DNA from: Octopus bimaculoides
Lineage: Eukaryota
Direction of reading: 5' to 3'
DNA length: 64,000 nt
Assembly (NCBI RefSeq): GCF_001194135.2
Contig: NC_068996.1
Location: 52,206,187 to 52,270,186, forward strand
Shown here: piece by piece, positions 63,088 through 64,000 of the stretch
How the letters are laid out: every line of letters starts with the position of its first letter
Numbering within the stretch: position 1 is the stretch's first letter
Translations under genes and position numbers: made by a program
Notes under the pieces: model-generated
What the model saw: the letters and a program-made list of their open reading frames with translations, nothing else
Told to the model about the DNA's origin: nothing
Database searches by the model: none

Positions 63088-63843
63088 AGTACTAGATAAC
63101 TTAAGTCAGCAAATTAGAATATAGTCCATCATCATCATCATCATTCCAATATGTATATGTCATCTGTGGAAGAAAAGACAGATAAAGACTTTCAAAATAA
63201 ATTACCAAACAATTAGAAAAATGCAGATTTGAATGAGGAATAAAAAAATTTGTAGCAGAAATACAATTATGATCAGGGTTACTGATGCTGGGGTTTTTGT
63301 TTCAAACCTCAAAAACATTCATGAAAATAGTACACACACACACAAATACACATGATATGATAATATATCATGTGAATATGTATATTAATCTTCTCTGTAA
63401 CTGGTGAATATAATTATCACCTGATCAAATGATCTGTGAGACCAACAAATGATTTTGGTCTTTTACTAGCTGAAGTATTTCATTTATGCATGCCACAACT
63501 ATAAAGGATATCAGTAGTTTGCTGATTGAACTGGTTGGTCCTGGCCATTGACAGTTTACCGTCTGTTCATCTGCTTGTTTTCAACATTACCTGGCTCAGA
63601 TGGTTAAATGCAATTTAACACACAGCTGGGACCCTAACAGGTGCTACTACTCCAAGGTCTACAGAGTAGACTTGGGAACAATAGTGGCTAAGAAGTGGTT
63701 CAGCAATCCTCAGAATCACTGGAATTCCCAAACCAGTCCTCCATTACTGTTTGCAGTTCAATGTCATACTCTTGAACATAAAACACCAGAATGAGAGTGA
63801 AAGGGAAACAAGTCAAGTGTGATGAGAGAAAGATGAAGTAGTA

Positions 63844-64000
63844 GGAGTGGCTGTGTGGTAAGTAGATTCCTTACCAGCCACATGGTTCCGGGTTCAGTCC
63901 CACTGCGTGGCACCTTGGGCAAGTGTCTTCTACTATACACTCGGGCCGACCAAAGCCTTGTGACTGGATTTGGTAGACAGAAACTGAAAGAAGCTCGTTG
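63844..64000 (+). mobile_element. CORE-like tRNA-SINE, cut by the window end
   Basis: ggagtggctgtgtggtaag..ggttcagtcccactgcgtggcaccttgggcaagtgtc. Confidence 0.85.

Noticed and set aside
63560-63790. Donor-like site at 63590 as KLHL exon 1
   Set aside because: Appears to lie in repeat-like sequence and has no other support

Overview
This is AT-rich, repeat-dense animal genomic DNA with eight N-gaps. Its SINE and RTE families look like those of an Octopus genome (judged from memory, not searched). It holds three protein-coding genes. (1) The last three exons of an unidentified + strand gene (123-6607), whose splicing needs a GC-AG intron. (2) A BTB-BACK-PHR gene of the BTBD3/BTBD6 type on the - strand (CDS 15202-12198, two coding exons). 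(3) A BTB-BACK-Kelch gene of KLHL9/13/26-like type on the - strand (CDS 63087-57475, 593 aa, two coding exons). The rest is decayed mobile DNA: RTE LINEs (two with clear TSDs), CR1/Jockey-like and HERO-like relics, Penelope-like RT and GIY-YIG fragments, hAT and Tc1/mariner relics, piggyBac-type MITEs, several tRNA-SINE families and microsatellites. The most notable observation is a tRNA-headed SINE family carrying a Penelope-type minimal hammerhead ribozyme motif. It has three decayed copies whose CpG mutations reconstruct a complete core, and a separate near-intact hammerhead motif sits at 47394. The window also has many fold-back structures, including a Penelope RT fragment between ~755-bp inverted repeats.
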